Origin: Neoechinorhynchus agilis
Taxonomy: Eukaryota > Animalia > Acanthocephala
Reading direction: 5' to 3'
Length of the DNA: 64,000 nucleotides
NCBI GenBank assembly: GCA_051530055.1
Contig: CM121342.1
Span: 12,911,480 to 12,975,479 of the forward strand
The notes below the pieces were generated by a model. The model was not told the origin of the DNA and searched no databases. It saw nothing but the letters and a program-made list of their open reading frames with translations. Made by a program: the position numbers and the translations under genes. Shown here in pieces: positions 1 to 13,811 of the stretch (position 1 is its first letter; each line of letters begins with the position of its first letter).

Positions 1-716
1 ATTGTCAAAATTTACCTACTAAGCGGAAATTTTTATCTGGGTTTTTAGGTTAAACTACTAGAACGGATTTTGACATGATAATCAATTGCGTTTTAGTATA
101 ATAAGCATTTAAAAATGCCATCGAGCTTCACCTTTACTTTCAAACAGATCATTTCAAATTCTTATAATTTATTTTGTCTTTTACCCAACGATTTCATGCG
201 CAGAAGGGCAAATCTGGATTCCAGTTATTAATAAAATGTCAAGGGAATTATTCAGCTTCAGCGACGCGCTGTAATTTAAGTGATATTTCCGTCAAGTTTA
301 GATAAGGGATATTAAAAATGATCGCCTTCTATAATGAAAATAAAGGTAATCTACACCTTCTGTCATGTGTTGATTGTTAAATCGTTGCGATAAACCGATC
401 ACGGGATTCCACCTACGGCACAAGAAATATTCTCAATCGAATACACATCATCCAAAGCGAATACTATTATTTAATAAGTTTGTACAATGCAAAATGAAAA
501 TACGCAAAAGAAGTACTCTATCTGCAATTTATAGTTCTACCAGTAAAAAGGATTCGTTTTCGTTAAGGCCTTTGAAATATCGAGTGTTTTGGGGAACAAA
601 TAAGATGATCAACATTAATTTTATCCTGCTCTGGCAGCTGGGAAAGATCTTTTCTTCGTTATGTTGACCGCTTTTTCACTCACACGCACGCCCGATTGTT
701 CAATCACATCCTTTCC

Positions 717-1334
<618 letters not shown>

Positions 1335-2335
1335 TTACGGAGGCGGCTGTGATGGTGTTTCCGACCGCAGTCAAGTAACGAAAAACGCTCTAATCACACC
1401 GTGAGTGTCGATCGCGCTCACAAAAAGGTTATTGAGCCATTATGAAAGCAAAAACAATAGCGATGATCTTAAACGTAAACACGACAAAGGTAGGGGCTTT
1501 AAGTACTGGACGTATGAGAGACGAATTCGAGGTGCTTAACGAGAAGGGGAAATGATCTCTTCGCAGCGAGCTCTATGTTTTCGCTGTATTTATGTGTGTG
1601 TGTTAGCGGTTGCTTTGTCATTTACACCACAAGTTGAGTTTTGGCAGAATGTGGGAGCATTTGCATGGAACATTCGCTCGTAAAAAGAGTCATATTCGAT
1701 TTAGTGAGACTACAATGACAGAGAGTGAGAAAGTCAACTGTTGTGTGGCAGTGGAAACCACAAAAATTTCATTAGGCGTACAGTGTTAAAGATCGATGAG
1801 TTCTTTTTAAAAGCAATAAGCAAGTTCTTTAACAGTGACTTATATCACTCACTTTCTCCCCGAACAATAGATAAAGAAACCCGTTTCGGTCTCAGCAAAC
1901 GTTTTACTAACACAACAGAATCTCATGTTTACAAAGGAGATGATATTTTCGAAATGAAACCCAATGAATTTGTGAATGTGAAGTCGGCAATTCTTTTCGG
2001 TTCAAAATGGGTTGAATATTTTCAGGTTAGAGGCTAATTTGAAGTGCCGATGTCCGACAAGATTCTGTCCTGCTGGAGAAGTAGAGAACCTCAAAGAATA
2101 TCGAGAAACGTTAGCAATGATGGCAGTAGAAACGCTATCACAGAATATTTCGAGCAGAGGTATGCTGCAGTAGTAAGAATGCTTACCCTCAAGATGCACG
2201 CTTCACACAAGAGCGACAAGCAAAAGAGATGATAGTAAATATCATTTCTTCGACTAGCGTTCAATGCTTCTAAAGAAGAAATTGTGTCAAATCAATGAAC
2301 AAGTTGAAAAAAATACGGGATTTAAAGCAATATTT

Positions 2336-2530
2336 GTATTTTTTGGTGATGAGAAAAATAGACTGATTTATTAATTCTCAATTTTTCGTCCGTTTCGTCG
2401 GACTTCTTCAGGTTGTAAATTGTCTGCGAAAAACAGCTTTCTAGCTTTCACTTTTATCTTGAAACAATTTACAACCTGAAGTAGGACGAGACGAACGAAA
2501 TATTGATTTTCTCATCACTAAACAAAATAC
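2336..2530. mobile_element. Fold-back (inverted-repeat) non-autonomous element HP1, Penelope pLTR-like arms
   Basis: The left arm gtattttttggtgatgag...cttcaggttgtaaattgt is the reverse complement of the right arm acaatttacaacctgaag...ctcatcactaaacaaaatac. The spacer is about 40 nt. Confidence 0.8.
2378..2415 (-). ncRNA. Minimal hammerhead ribozyme motif (HP1 left arm)
   Basis: Minus strand reads caac-CTGAAGA-A-GTCCG-acgaaa-CGGAC-GAAA-AATTGA: catalytic core plus a perfect 5-bp stem II. Stems I and III are imperfect. Confidence 0.65.
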
Positions 2531-2648
2531 ACAAAAAAACGAAATACTTCTTTGCAGAAAAAATGCGATAATATAATCTTTTACGTTCGATTAACGCTTT
2601 ACTTTTATAGCGAGAACGTAGAAAAACGAGCCATTCTTGATCTCAATG

Positions 2649-2827
2649 GTATTTCTTGGTGAGATTAATTTATTAATTCTCAATATTTCGTCGGACTTCT
2701 TCAGGTTGTAAATTGTCTGTGCGAAAAAAGTTTTTGAACTTTCGTTTTTATCTCGATGCAATTTGCAACCTCAATAAATCCGACGAGACGGACGAAATAT
2801 TGATTTTTTCATCACCAAACAAAATAC
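2649..2827. mobile_element. Second tandem copy of the fold-back element (HP2)
   Basis: Same arms as HP1. It is followed by the same tail (gcgataat...aatcttttacgttcgattaac), which is split by HP3 and resumes at ~3120. Confidence 0.78.
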
Positions 2828-2867
2828 ATAAAAAATGAAATACTTTACAGAAAAAATGCGATAATAG

Positions 2868-3097
2868 AATTTTTTATTGTACGTTGGCGAATCCTGTCCC
2901 CGGTGTTATCGATACTCATTTATTAATTGCGAAATATTTCACAAGGTTTTCCTTGCCTCTTCAGTCGCTATCTAAAATGGAGACGATATAGACAGCATGC
3001 ACAGCAGGTCAAGGCAAGGAAAACCGTGGGAAATCTTTCTCAAATAAATGAGTAACGACAACGCCGGGGGCAGGATTCGCCAACGTATAATCAAATT
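2868..3097. mobile_element. Fold-back element HP3 inserted in the tail of HP2
   Basis: The arms tacgttggcgaatcctgtccccggtgttatcgatactcatttatt and aataaatgagtaacgacaacgccgggggcaggattcgccaacgta are reverse complements, and the inner aaggttttccttgcc / ggcaaggaaaacc also pairs. Confidence 0.85.
2929..2968 (-). ncRNA. Minimal hammerhead ribozyme motif (HP3 left arm)
   Basis: Minus strand reads GCGA-CTGAAGA-G-GCAAGG-aaaa-CCTTGT-GAAA-TA-TT-TCGC: 4-bp stem I, 6-bp stem II and a palindromic ATAT stem III, followed by AATAAA. Confidence 0.7.
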
Positions 3098-3693
3098 TAC
3101 CCCGAGGACAATGATATATGAAATAATCTTTTACGTTCGATTAACACTGCTTCTATAGCGAGAACGTAGAAAAACTGGTCATTCTTAATCTCAGTGGTCT
3201 TTTGATTGCTTGAGAAAGCGTCCCCCTTTGAAAACATAAAGATTTGAAACGAGATACATTAACTTCAAATGCGAGAAAGCAGACACCGGAAAAAATTGCC
3301 TAAAGATTCCACGTCAATTTACCGCGCCGTTCTTCCGTACTCGTACACGTCAGAGTTAACGCCGTTCGATTCGTGTTCAAAAAAGAAGAGACTGCAATCA
3401 ACTAGCTCTAATTGTTCGCGACTAAGTTTGATTATCGATAATGTTTCACCGATTCGTCAATTCGACAACAAAGTCATTTTAAGGACTTACGTATGCAAAG
3501 TATTTAAGAGCGAGCGTTATCCAAAGAAATGGACGTCTTATAAAATGGATATAAAAACCATAGTTGATTTTGTTCTTCAAATCCTGTTTTTATTGATAGA
3601 TTCTTTCCGGTTTGTGTTTATTGCTATATCCCTCGTGAGAAGCATTCTGTTTCCGTGTCGATTTCTGCTTTCCTGCGCTGCTGTACTCGCTCA

Positions 3694-5160
3694 ATGTTCA
3701 AAGTAATTGGTACGCTGAAATGCTACCATTGGGGAACTGTGCCGCCCAATTACACTAAACTGATCAAGAAATGCTTAGATGACGTAGAAAGGTACGATTG
3801 TGTCGATTGTGTTTCCAAAAAAACAATAGCTGAGTATTGGTTAGGAACTCATAAATCTGGTGGATTGCGTATTGTCCTTCAAATGGGTTGGATCTTTGTC
3901 CGCCTATGATGTTTTAAGTACCCAGATCCCATTGAAGGCAAGTTGGAATGCCAAACGGATATACATGAGTCGTTTTTAAAAAGAAATATAAAACATTGAT
4001 AGAACGGGGCTCAAAAATTGACCAAAGTGTTTTTAAATGATCCGTAATATCTATTTAGGTCTTCTGGTTGTTTAAAAAAATCTAGTTGCTCAAAAAAATG
4101 GATTTTGATTTTTGAAATTCGCGCGCGAAAAGATCCATCCCATAGACTGTTCGGTTGATCATAATGGTAAACCAATTGATCTTCCGTTTCTTCTCAAGGT
4201 TTTGTCGATCGAAAAGCCGCTTTCGATTCAACTACATCCGGATATAAAGTTAGCCAGAAGTTTACATCAGGCCAATCCGCATTTGTATCCCGATTCGAAT
4301 CATAAGCCAGAACTCGTCATCGCTCTAACACATTTCCCCATAATGTGCAATTTTCGACCAATCACTGACGTCCTTGAACTGCTTGAACAAACGCCCTTAT
4401 TAAAATCGATATTGCTCACAGGATTGGACACGGACAGCATCAACACGGTCACGTTGTTCAAACGATTGCTCATGATCTCCGAAAACGAACTCGAACGAGT
4501 GTTTGAAGAAATATTAAGTCTACAAACTCTACCACGTCTTGTTCAAAAGTATTTTCACTATTTAAATACTGAGTATCCGTACCAGGTGTCCGTATCATCC
4601 AGTTGAGGTGGTGGGATCTTGCTGGCTAACGGACGAGATACGACATTGGAGTTCTGATGATCTTTGTATTACAGATCCATGAACTGGAGCCTCTGGAAGC
4701 AATGTACGTACAAGCAATGGTTCCACATGCATATCTCGGTGGCCGATGTGAAGCAATTGAAATCATGGCAAACAGTGACAACGTAATACGAGTGGGGCTT
4801 ACCCCAAAACCAAAAGACATAGAGACGATATTAAATTGGACCGAATACAATCAATTCCGAGTTGAAAAGTTCATTCCGTATCACCTTTGCAGTGGTCTAT
4901 CGATTTATGAAATCGACGGTATCCACGATTTCGGTCTTAGAAGGTACGACTACAGTGAGAAACCGGTCGTCCTTAATTCTCAGTCTGCTTCAATTATATT
5001 TATCGCTGATGGTAAAGTCCGTATCGGAGTTCCAGGGGATGAATCCGAACATTCAGCTGGCGAAGCTTTTTATTTGGACCCAGACATGGATGTCCATCTA
5101 CAATCCATTCACGGAAATGATTATGTCGTTTTCCATGCTTATTCGCTAATGCCGCAATGA
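3694..5160 (+). CDS. MPI: Mannose-6-phosphate isomerase (type I PMI), multi-exon
   Basis: Motifs YHWG, AEYWLGTH, LPFLLKVLSIEKPLSIQLHPD, HKPEL, YDIG (after a short intron near 4580-4640), HAYLGG and MANSDNVIRVGLTPK. Exon structure between 3890 and 4110 is uncertain. Confidence 0.95.
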
Positions 5161-6399
5161 ACCCATTTCCACTTACCTTTCGACACGAATCTGTAGTATT
5201 TAAGTAATCTCGTTTTATTCGGGTTACGTTTGCGGAACTGTTAGATTGGCCAATGAAATTTCAAAAACTCTTTCAAAACAAGCTTTAAGCATCCATTTCA
5301 CAGCTATTCAAAAAACAAAGCTAGAAATTGAATCGATCTTTTTCTGATTCTCGTTACACAACGATATCAACGATGCGCGAAAATAAGAAAAGGTCTAAAA
5401 AATTAAATGAGATTAATGCTGCACTCGTAGTACGCCCTTCGCCATACACAACCTTATCGCTGAATTTGCGAGACTTAGTTCTACTCAGTGTTGATTCTTG
5501 AGATTACTAAAACTTGGTAAGTTTTCCTTTTAATTGGAATGAGGTTGAAGTCAAATGATAAGCCAATATTCTTAGCTGCTTTCCGTTGCTGTCGCAACAA
5601 GTGACATTCAGGGGACCGAATTTAAGAGAAATGAGAAAATGTTTCTACGAACGGACCAATTTCTCTCCATAAATACGAGTGGGTTGAAGCGGACTTTAAA
5701 AGGCTCGTCCCTATCAAACACAGCTCGTGATCCTTTTTAACTTGAATTTTTCGCGACGCGAATTCTAGATTATTGAGAACTATTTTATGTTAAGAGAAAA
5801 AGATCTTTTTGGGTTTACCGAAAGGAAAATCCTTAGCAATTAAAGGAATATTTGCGAAATAATTTGTTTAATCTGTATTTTCAAAGGGGCAAAAACTTAA
5901 AAGATCTCTTTTGTTTTCGTAAACGATCATTTCTCCGACAGCGACACACAAAAACCATGGCTTAGCTTTCAAACAGCTAAAAATGAAGCAGTAAGATTCT
6001 TGCTAAGAATGATTATTTTTAATGATTGTCATCATTTTTGTACAAATGCAGCCCAGCGGCCGAATCGACGCAATATCCAAAAAGACCTGGAAAAAAGTAA
6101 AAAACGCAATTTGAGATTCTACTTCAACAGCTTAACGATTAGTAGCGAACTCATCGAAGTCGGGAGTTTCGATTAACGCTGTTCTGATTCGCACCATGGG
6201 CACTGCTCCCTAACGAAATAGTGAGGATCGCCATCTCACTTCGGCTAGGTCTCCCCATTTGTGCCCCATGCAAATGCTGATGTGGTAACGGTCGAGTGGC
6301 CGCATCGCGAGGCACACTGAGCTCAACTCTATCATTAGTTAGGCCTTGGACTCCGTCCACGTCCCAAATATCCTATTCCGATTATATACAAAAAGCGAC

Positions 6400-6700
6400 T
6401 GGATAGAATGAGGATTTTATTTGTTGTGGTAGCCGATTCGCTGGCAACAATCAATCAAACGCGTCCTCGGTGATGGGAAGTGCTGTGTCCGCGGCCGAAA
6501 AGAAGAAATCGGAAAATACGTCCAATTAAGATATGAACACGATTCGGGGTGGGATTCCTCCTTGAACTATGCGACAAATCAGGCCGTCCAATGATGTAAT
6601 TGATGAATTGCGAACAACAGCACCGTTTTCAGTTAACGATCACCTTTATACTTATGGGCAACAGGAATAGACCCTCATTCCTTCTGCCTGGATCAACTTA
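6400..6700 (-). mobile_element. Highly degenerate LINE reverse-transcriptase fragment
   Basis: The minus frame with stops, ...ICRIVQGGIPPRIVFIS*LDVFSDFFFSAADTAL, resembles the RT motifs GVPQGS..P.LF and YADD. Confidence 0.45.
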
Positions 6701-6784
6701 CTACAAGGTTTATTGTATTCTTTGAAGAATAATCAATGTGTGATTTTTAATTAATTTTTATTTATCTAAATCGCATACACTCAT

Positions 6785-7020
6785 GGCATCATTGCATATC
6801 TTTTTGGGAGCCTTTCGGCTAACTCACGCACTTCGGCGGCGCTCAGCCGCGCTCGAAAGGACAGGGCCAACGCTCTTATGGGCCAATGGGCGATCTCAAA
6901 ACTTGACCCCACCCCTCCAGCAGCCTCGCAACCCCCCCCTGGAACCCAGCGACCAGTGGATTTGAACCAGCGACATACATAGCGCATTCTGAACGCACAT
7001 CACTAGGCCACTGGGTCCCA
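6785..7020 (-). mobile_element. tRNA-derived SINE, copy 1
   Basis: The minus-strand head has A-box-like GTGGCCTAGTG and B-box GGTTCAAATCC. It is homologous to 20080-20264. Confidence 0.8.
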
Positions 7021-7277
7021 ATTAATTTTTAACTGTTGACTTTTGCAATAATATGGAATGGGTGCATTTGTCGTTATTTTCATCATGTATTTAACATCAA
7101 TTGGAGACCGAGGTGGGAGCATTTTCCTACTCATGCAAGAATCTAATTCAAAATCCATTTTTAGGTTTTTTAAAGAAACTCATATTCTGCAAATGATACG
7201 CATTAGTTCTCATGAGTGATCGCAGGAAGAATCTTTTCTTGCGTTGATGCCCGATCTTGTGACGGCCGTAGCATGAA

Positions 7278-8345
7278 ATGAGCTTCGATTCAGTCATATC
7301 CGTTAGTTCTCGTATGTATGATAAAAGAATTTCCTCAGTATTTGTTAAAAGTGTGTTCATAAACTACGAAAATCGTATTAGTCTAGTTAAATGTGCCGAT
7401 CATTTTCTGACAACTTCTCGCGTTTCCAATCAGATGTTACCCATAGTTGGAATCGTGCATCTTCGACACGCACATCAACCGATCTTCAACTCATTTGTTC
7501 GACTTATGGCGTCAAAGAAGATCGCAATCATCCGTCCTGATATTGCTACAAAACAGCCCGATCTTGTAGTCAGGTCCGGGGCGCAAGATTCTCCAAACGA
7601 AAAGGTGATAAAGTTTATCACTAGTCCAGATACGGGACAAGTCAGGAGTGAGTTTAATCGCAAATACGGATATCGTTCTGTCCGTGTAAATACTCAATTT
7701 TTCCGAGAACTGGATCGCTCATTATTACTTTACGCCTCACGTGCCGCTAGACAATCCAGTGACCTTGCATTGACCACAGAACGACAACCACTTCCTCTTG
7801 AACTTATTTATGACACTGGTGAATACAAACGTATATTATTCTATTCAACACTTCTTTATTGGACAGCGATATTTAATGTTCTGACTGTTGTTTTTTTCAG
7901 TGTTTTATTGTGGCTTCCAGATAATAGTTTATCGGACAATGAGAGCGGTACTTTTGCCAATAATGCAATCAAAGAATATAAACAGAATCTCGCAGCTCTG
8001 AATTTGCCATACGTTAATGAACACGCTCTTGTTCAATCCACCTTGGCACTATTAATCGTTATTCCCTTTCTGGCCGTTCGAACCTGGTCCAGGTATGCAT
8101 TTCGGATTTACTATAACCGAGCGAGAGATGAGTACACTATCGTCAGGGTAAGACTTACAAAAGGAATCACAGCAGAGACGTGTCCCGGTGAACATATCAA
8201 AAGTGCTGCTTCTAGTGCATTCGCTCAGAGAATTGAACGGTTCACTCATCTTTCTACACATTGGTTCGCTGGAAGGAAAATATTGACTCAATCGCAGTAC
8301 TTCTTGTCCGGTGAATGCCGGGATGTTTTTATGAAGACATCTTAA
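7278..8345 (+). CDS. Putative two-TM mitochondrial membrane protein, TMEM70/186/223-like
   Basis: 355-aa ORF with a basic N-terminus, two hydrophobic helices and the motifs LELIYDTG and YAFRIYYNRARDEYTIV reminiscent of TMEM70. The true start may be internal. Confidence 0.5.
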   Translation: MSFDSVISVSSRMYDKRISSVFVKSVFINYENRISLVKCADHFLTTSRVSNQMLPIVGIVHLRHAHQPIFNSFVRLMASKKIAIIRPDIATKQPDLVVRSGAQDSPNEKVIKFITSPDTGQVRSEFNRKYGYRSVRVNTQFFRELDRSLLLYASRAARQSSDLALTTERQPLPLELIYDTGEYKRILFYSTLLYWTAIFNVLTVVFFSVLLWLPDNSLSDNESGTFANNAIKEYKQNLAALNLPYVNEHALVQSTLALLIVIPFLAVRTWSRYAFRIYYNRARDEYTIVRVRLTKGITAETCPGEHIKSAASSAFAQRIERFTHLSTHWFAGRKILTQSQYFLSGECRDVFMKTS

Positions 8346-9249
8346 AACGCCTAATTTGAGACAATGATGATTTTGTCATTTTGAAAATGGTAGCACTAAT
8401 AGTTGGCATGTAACTCTGAGTGTCCGTTGATTTAGACGAGCAAATAGGTCAAAAACGGATATATATATCAATCGTATAATGCTTGCTACATTTTGAAATA
8501 TGAAGGTTTTACCCATTCTGTCCTAGAAATCGTAACCAATTTTGGTTTCCTGGTAGATAATCTAGAAATTTTACATACAAAGTTACGCAAACACAACAAA
8601 AATTTAGTTTCTCAGTGCAGTCTTAACTTCTCAATTTCCCCTTTTCAAACTCCAGACAACCGTCTATGGGTTTTAAATGCTCGTCAATGTACAAGTAAAA
8701 GACCGATTCTTTTGTTTAAAAGTAATCGTTCAAAAATTAAGATGTAAGTACGCAATAATAACACGTTTATTTCTAAATCCAAAAAGAATAGGACATAATG
8801 TGAAAAAACTATTTTCAGTATTGTTTAAAACAGTGCCTCAAACACAACATATTCTGACTTGTGGTGAAGATATTCCTGTTTAAAAATCATTTTATTGTTC
8901 TGAAATAATCATGAGATCGCTGGAGAAAGTGCCAGCAATAGTTATTTGCAAATCTGACAAAGGAGTGCTTTAATGGCGGTGGACATGGATGATTATGGAA
9001 CGCGGCTTTACGACTGTTAAACACAGATAAATTCGAGAGGCTGGCAAAAGATCCCACACGAAACAGAGAGACAAAGTTTAATAGCATCCTTTGGTCTCTG
9101 TTGAACCAATCTCTTATAAGTCCACAATTCTCTAATAGGACGAGATCTTCATGTGCCATGACTGCATTTCTGTACCTACTTCCGAAGATCCACAAACCTA
9201 CCCTGCAATACCATCCAATCATCGCCAGTTATATGTTTCAATCACCGGC

Positions 9250-10740
9250 CATCTAAAAAGTCAATGCTTTATTAAGATCGTTTTTACCAGCCTCCGACTC
9301 GCACATTAAGGACGGCCCCACGTTTGCGTCTGAGATGAGGAAACTTAACGTCGAGCAATACAGGATGTTTACGGCTGACGTGAATGCTCTTTTCACCAAT
9401 GTCCGTCTGATTAAAGTAATTGAATTTTCGGCCGACTTACCAAGCATTGTAATGAACCGCGTTTGGACCTGGCTACTTTGTATTCACTGATCAAATGGTG
9501 CACAAGGATGACCGCGTTTGAATTCGAAGAAACATTCTACGATCAAACAAATGGAGTAGCTATGGGACCAGGATTAGCTCCGACCTTAGCTGACATCTAC
9601 ATTCGGGAGCGGGAGTCCACTTTCTTGGCACATCATAAGGATGTTAATCGGTATTGGCGGTATGTGGATGATGTGTTCATTATGATTGAATCTAACCACA
9701 GCAAAGAATCACTTAAGGCCGCATTGAACAGTCAAGATCCGCACATTCAGTGGACCGTTAATAACGAGAATGACGAAGGAGAGATTCCGTTCCTGGACGT
9801 CCTGACTAAACGGTCAACACAAGACAGAGTAAGCACTGCAGTATTTCGCAAAGCAAACGTGCCTCGGGGACCACCGTTCTGGTCCAGTCATCAACCAATG
9901 AGGCACAAGATCTCCATGGTGTCTTCGTATTTTCGGAGAGCCTTTCTAATATCATCCACTCGAGTTGCGTGGATTAAGGAAAGGGATAGTACTGTGAGAG
10001 AATTGCGAATAATAGGATACCCTAAATGGATAATTGACTGCGGTATTAAGAGGTGCAATCACCGAACACAGAACAAAAAACCATCCCAGAGTCGGTGAAA
10101 TTCGAAAGAGTTGAATTTGTTTTGGTGGTGCAACAAACCAAATGATCAATTCGATTGTGAGGACCGAGGTTGGAGCTCGAGTGTACACTAAGAAAGGCAT
10201 CACCCTCGCTAACGCGTTCAAGAGGAAGGTGCACAATAATCCGACTTGCGGGGTGTATAAAATGCAGTGCATTCAATGTGACAAGGCGTAGATCGGTCAA
10301 ACAATGCAGGGAATTCCTAAAAGAGTCACCCAGCATAAACAAGCCTGTCGACAGTTCGATCACGCATCTTCGATTTAATCCACAAGGAAACTATGCAACA
10401 TCGCATAGATTTTGATGGGACGCATTTTGTCGAGAAGGAGCCAAATCTTGGAGGGCGTTTTTTCCTGGGGGCCTTACACACATCTCCGCGACCAACACAA
10501 TGGAAGGCAATAAGGCGAATTTTAGCGTAAAACTACCTGCCAGTGACGTAGTAAAAATCAATAGGACACTCGATACAGTGCAAGGTTTACGAGCGGGCAC
10601 ACGGTCCCCGAACCTTGTTGGAAGTAGCGAACCTGTCAACCCGAGCCGATTAGATAAAACATAGAAAAGAACCACAACCAAAAACGTTTTTTAGATGATT
10701 GATAAGGCGAGGTTTCATCTTTCGAAATATTTCAGAACAA
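9250..10740 (+). mobile_element. Penelope-like element (RT + GIY-YIG), degenerate
   Basis: MFTADVNALFTNV, QTNGVAMG, WRYVDDVF and PFLDVL, then a broken GIY-YIG (GVYKMQCIQCDKA*IGQT) and EGNKANF. A decayed hammerhead lies at ~10695-10735. Confidence 0.9.
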
Positions 10741-11109
10741 TAAAATGATTTTTAACCGGGTGCTTATCGTCGCCACAAGTCAAAATTTACCATCCCGGTG
10801 GATTTTCTCGATAAGAACAACATATTTTTTTCTATGCTTAACTTTTAATTAATCTTTCTAAAACAATGCAGACCAAAATTGTTTTCTCTGAAAAAACTGC
10901 AGAGAAGTGCGACATTCTATGGGTATAGTAAGGAGTTGGTTAATCTAGTGCCCCATTTAGTGAATGCCGTCGGAAAAATGAAAGATCTCATACCAAAACG
11001 CTTCTGTATTAAAGAAGAGTTAAGTGATTGACCTATTGCTATCCTTACGATTCGTCTCTTTCTTACAAAGAAATTCGTATAGGAAATGTTTTATTAACAC
11101 ATAATAGAG

Positions 11110-13811
11110 TTAACATCCCAGTGTTTTAGACGTGTCCGCTTTTGATGAACCCAGTTTCCGATAGTCCATTTTTGAATAATCAAAAGCACCTTCCTTCTCC
11201 TCTCCTTCCTCCTCTACCAGCGTTTTTAGCTTTCGTTTCTTTGCTGCGAGCGGAATATGCTTTATAGGAATTAATTCATCATCTTTCATTCTATCGAAAT
11301 TAGCCTGTTCTATTTCTGTAATTTTATGAGTACGTTCGTTATCGGCACTTTGAGCCTCGTTAATGGTAGGTGAAAGAAGCGTCCACTTTTCAATCGACCG
11401 TCTTTCTTCTTTTGTCAAATGATTTAGCGGTAGATAAGGAAGCAAAAACCCATGAAAGTGTTCAAAATGGCATACGTCACTTTTGTCCGCAGATCTAAAA
11501 TCGACAGTGAATTTACTGGCTGTGTTCTGCGTTCGTTTCGAGTACATTAGACTTATTTCATTTTTAACAGTCTGCATTTGTCTGACATTTTTTAATAAAT
11601 CTTTTAAATTCTGTCTTGTATCACCGCCGGTGTTATCTTACAACTTTCTAAGGAAACAACAAAATATCAACGTATGGATGCGAATTCAAATGAAAACTTC
11701 TGCAAATCAAGTCAAGATCAATCTAAGATTGTAAAGCTACGGTGGATTCCTATGCATGGTTCGATATTAAAATTGATTAATTTCAAAGCCTGATTCTAGA
11801 AAACCACGGCGGTATATTAAGAGTTCTCCCAATTGGTTGATCATCACAATGAGCTGAATCGAACATACACTCGGTAGGATTATCCAGGTCATAGGTGGGC
11901 AGTTTTAGGAATCGATCATCAGCGACTTGACCGCGTTTCGATACAGGCTCCAGCGGAACACATCGTGCATCTAAGACCAATTGATGAATTTGAACAAGAT
12001 TCTGTCTAATGTAAGCAGGAACCGGATTGCAGCATCCGAATATTCCTTGTTTCTCTTTCGGTAAATATTCAGCGATTTTAAGCATCATGTGTTTTGGCAA
12101 AATGTATTCAGGGCTCTCGTCATCTTCGCGAGCTGTTCTATCTCGCCACTCACTGAGCAATTTTAGCGCTTGGTTTTGACGAGCGTTAAAGGATGCAATA
12201 TAAGCGGATTCTTGACGTAATCGTGGCTTTTCAAACAAACTCAGACATATCTGTTTTGAGCGTTCATATACAGCTCTTATAAGACGGTCAGATCCGTTTG
12301 CACGTTCAATGAGCTCATTTCTCATCCGATCGTAAATATAAAGCAGGAAATGAGTATCAGCACGGGCGTATTCCAACAAGACGTCCGGTAGTGGCCGTTG
12401 TCTCCAATCAGCACGTTGGTACTGTTTAGCAGCTTCGAAATCGCAATAATGCTTTAGAAGGTAAGAAAGAGAAAGATATGGATGATTTAGAAGACGGGCC
12501 GCCTGATGAGTGTCAAACATATTAACGACATACACTCCAAAATCCTTTTGAAGCCAAAGAACGTCCATTTCCGATCCATGGAATACCTTTAGAATCCGAG
12601 GGTTTGCCGTAAGGCGGTTTAGCTTGTGAAGCACGTGGCGAATCTCAATCGCGTCAATCACGTAATCGCTCGTTCGGGTGGATAATTGAATGAGACAAGT
12701 AAATCCCATAAAAGAGCGTAGATCATGATGCTCTAGATCCATCGCAATTTCCTTGGAACTGAATTCCGCCGTTATAAGCATTCGGTCAAAGGAAATTTCA
12801 TCATTTACGAATTGAAAATCCTTCGTAAATTTCAGGGTGTCGGAAACTACACAGGGCGTTATGTCGGCCATTTGTACTTGTATAGTTACACTTTCAAGAC
12901 TACCCAATCTTATATGGTGCGGAAATCAAAAATTTCTATCACGGGCACTTTTCAGTGAGTAGACGACACAAACTCGAAGTATTAGTATTTCTAAAAATTA
13001 AGACAAATGCCCGCCGTAATCGATCCTTAGTCAAGTTAAACGCTTCAATTTCTGCTTCGTAAGGATGTCTCAGAATTTCTGGAAATTGTCGGATGGTTTC
13101 TTCGGTAATCGGATTCTCGAGTTGTTTACAAAGGATTGGGTGTAGGGGCACAATGGCGTGCGGTTTTTGAGTCAATCGGTGAACAAACTGGAGATTACTC
13201 TTATTGTCCACTTTATCCTTAAAATTCAATTGTGGTTTGGGTATAGAAACTACGCATAGACCAGTGCGCATCTTCTTTCCAGCATCTTTATTGGCACTAA
13301 AACGAGCAGCCGGATTCTGTGCCCGTTGAAGAGATGAAACGACTTTTCGTCTGGCTGAGGGAGTAACCGGTTTGGCTTTAGAAAGACCGCAAATGACATC
13401 CAATTGATTATTGATGCGTTCGGTTATTTCGTCATTAATTTCAATAATCCTCTCCATTTGTTCTTCTTCGCGCTGGGCTGCTTCTCGCTTAGACTTTGTC
13501 GTTTTGTTATCCACTAATTTCGGATCAGTTGGCGCGTCCAATGGTCGGCATGATGTAAATTTTCTAACCAACTTGTTTATCGAACTCACAAGACGAACCC
13601 GAGAAATAAACATCCCGTCAGCGAATCTAGGGAAGCTCTGATAATAATCAAATGCTTCACCACGAGGAGGAAGCTGCTGACTGGCTAACGCTGTGCTCTG
13701 AATTACGGCCAACGCATCGCTAAAGAACGCATCAGCATCCACGTACTTATTAAACAAAAGTGCTGCCGGTTCCACCCGATTCGTTGATTCACGTTCAGAA
13801 TCACCACTCAT
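11110..13811 (-). CDS. EXOSC10: Exosome component 10 (RRP6), multi-exon
   Basis: PMC2NT-like N-terminus, KPQLNFKDKVDN, HPYEAEI, DEDD-Y exonuclease motifs (MDLEHH, DVLWLQKDFG, YARADTH), HRDC domain and a basic C-terminus. Confidence 0.96.

Noticed and set aside
1552-2232. Possible secreted PAN or C-type-lectin-like gene
   Set aside because: There is a signal-peptide-like start and scattered Cys, but I could not assemble a consistent frame or diagnostic motif.
3269-3706. 145-aa ORF upstream of MPI
   Set aside because: It has no motif, overlaps the MPI start in another frame and probably represents promoter or UTR.
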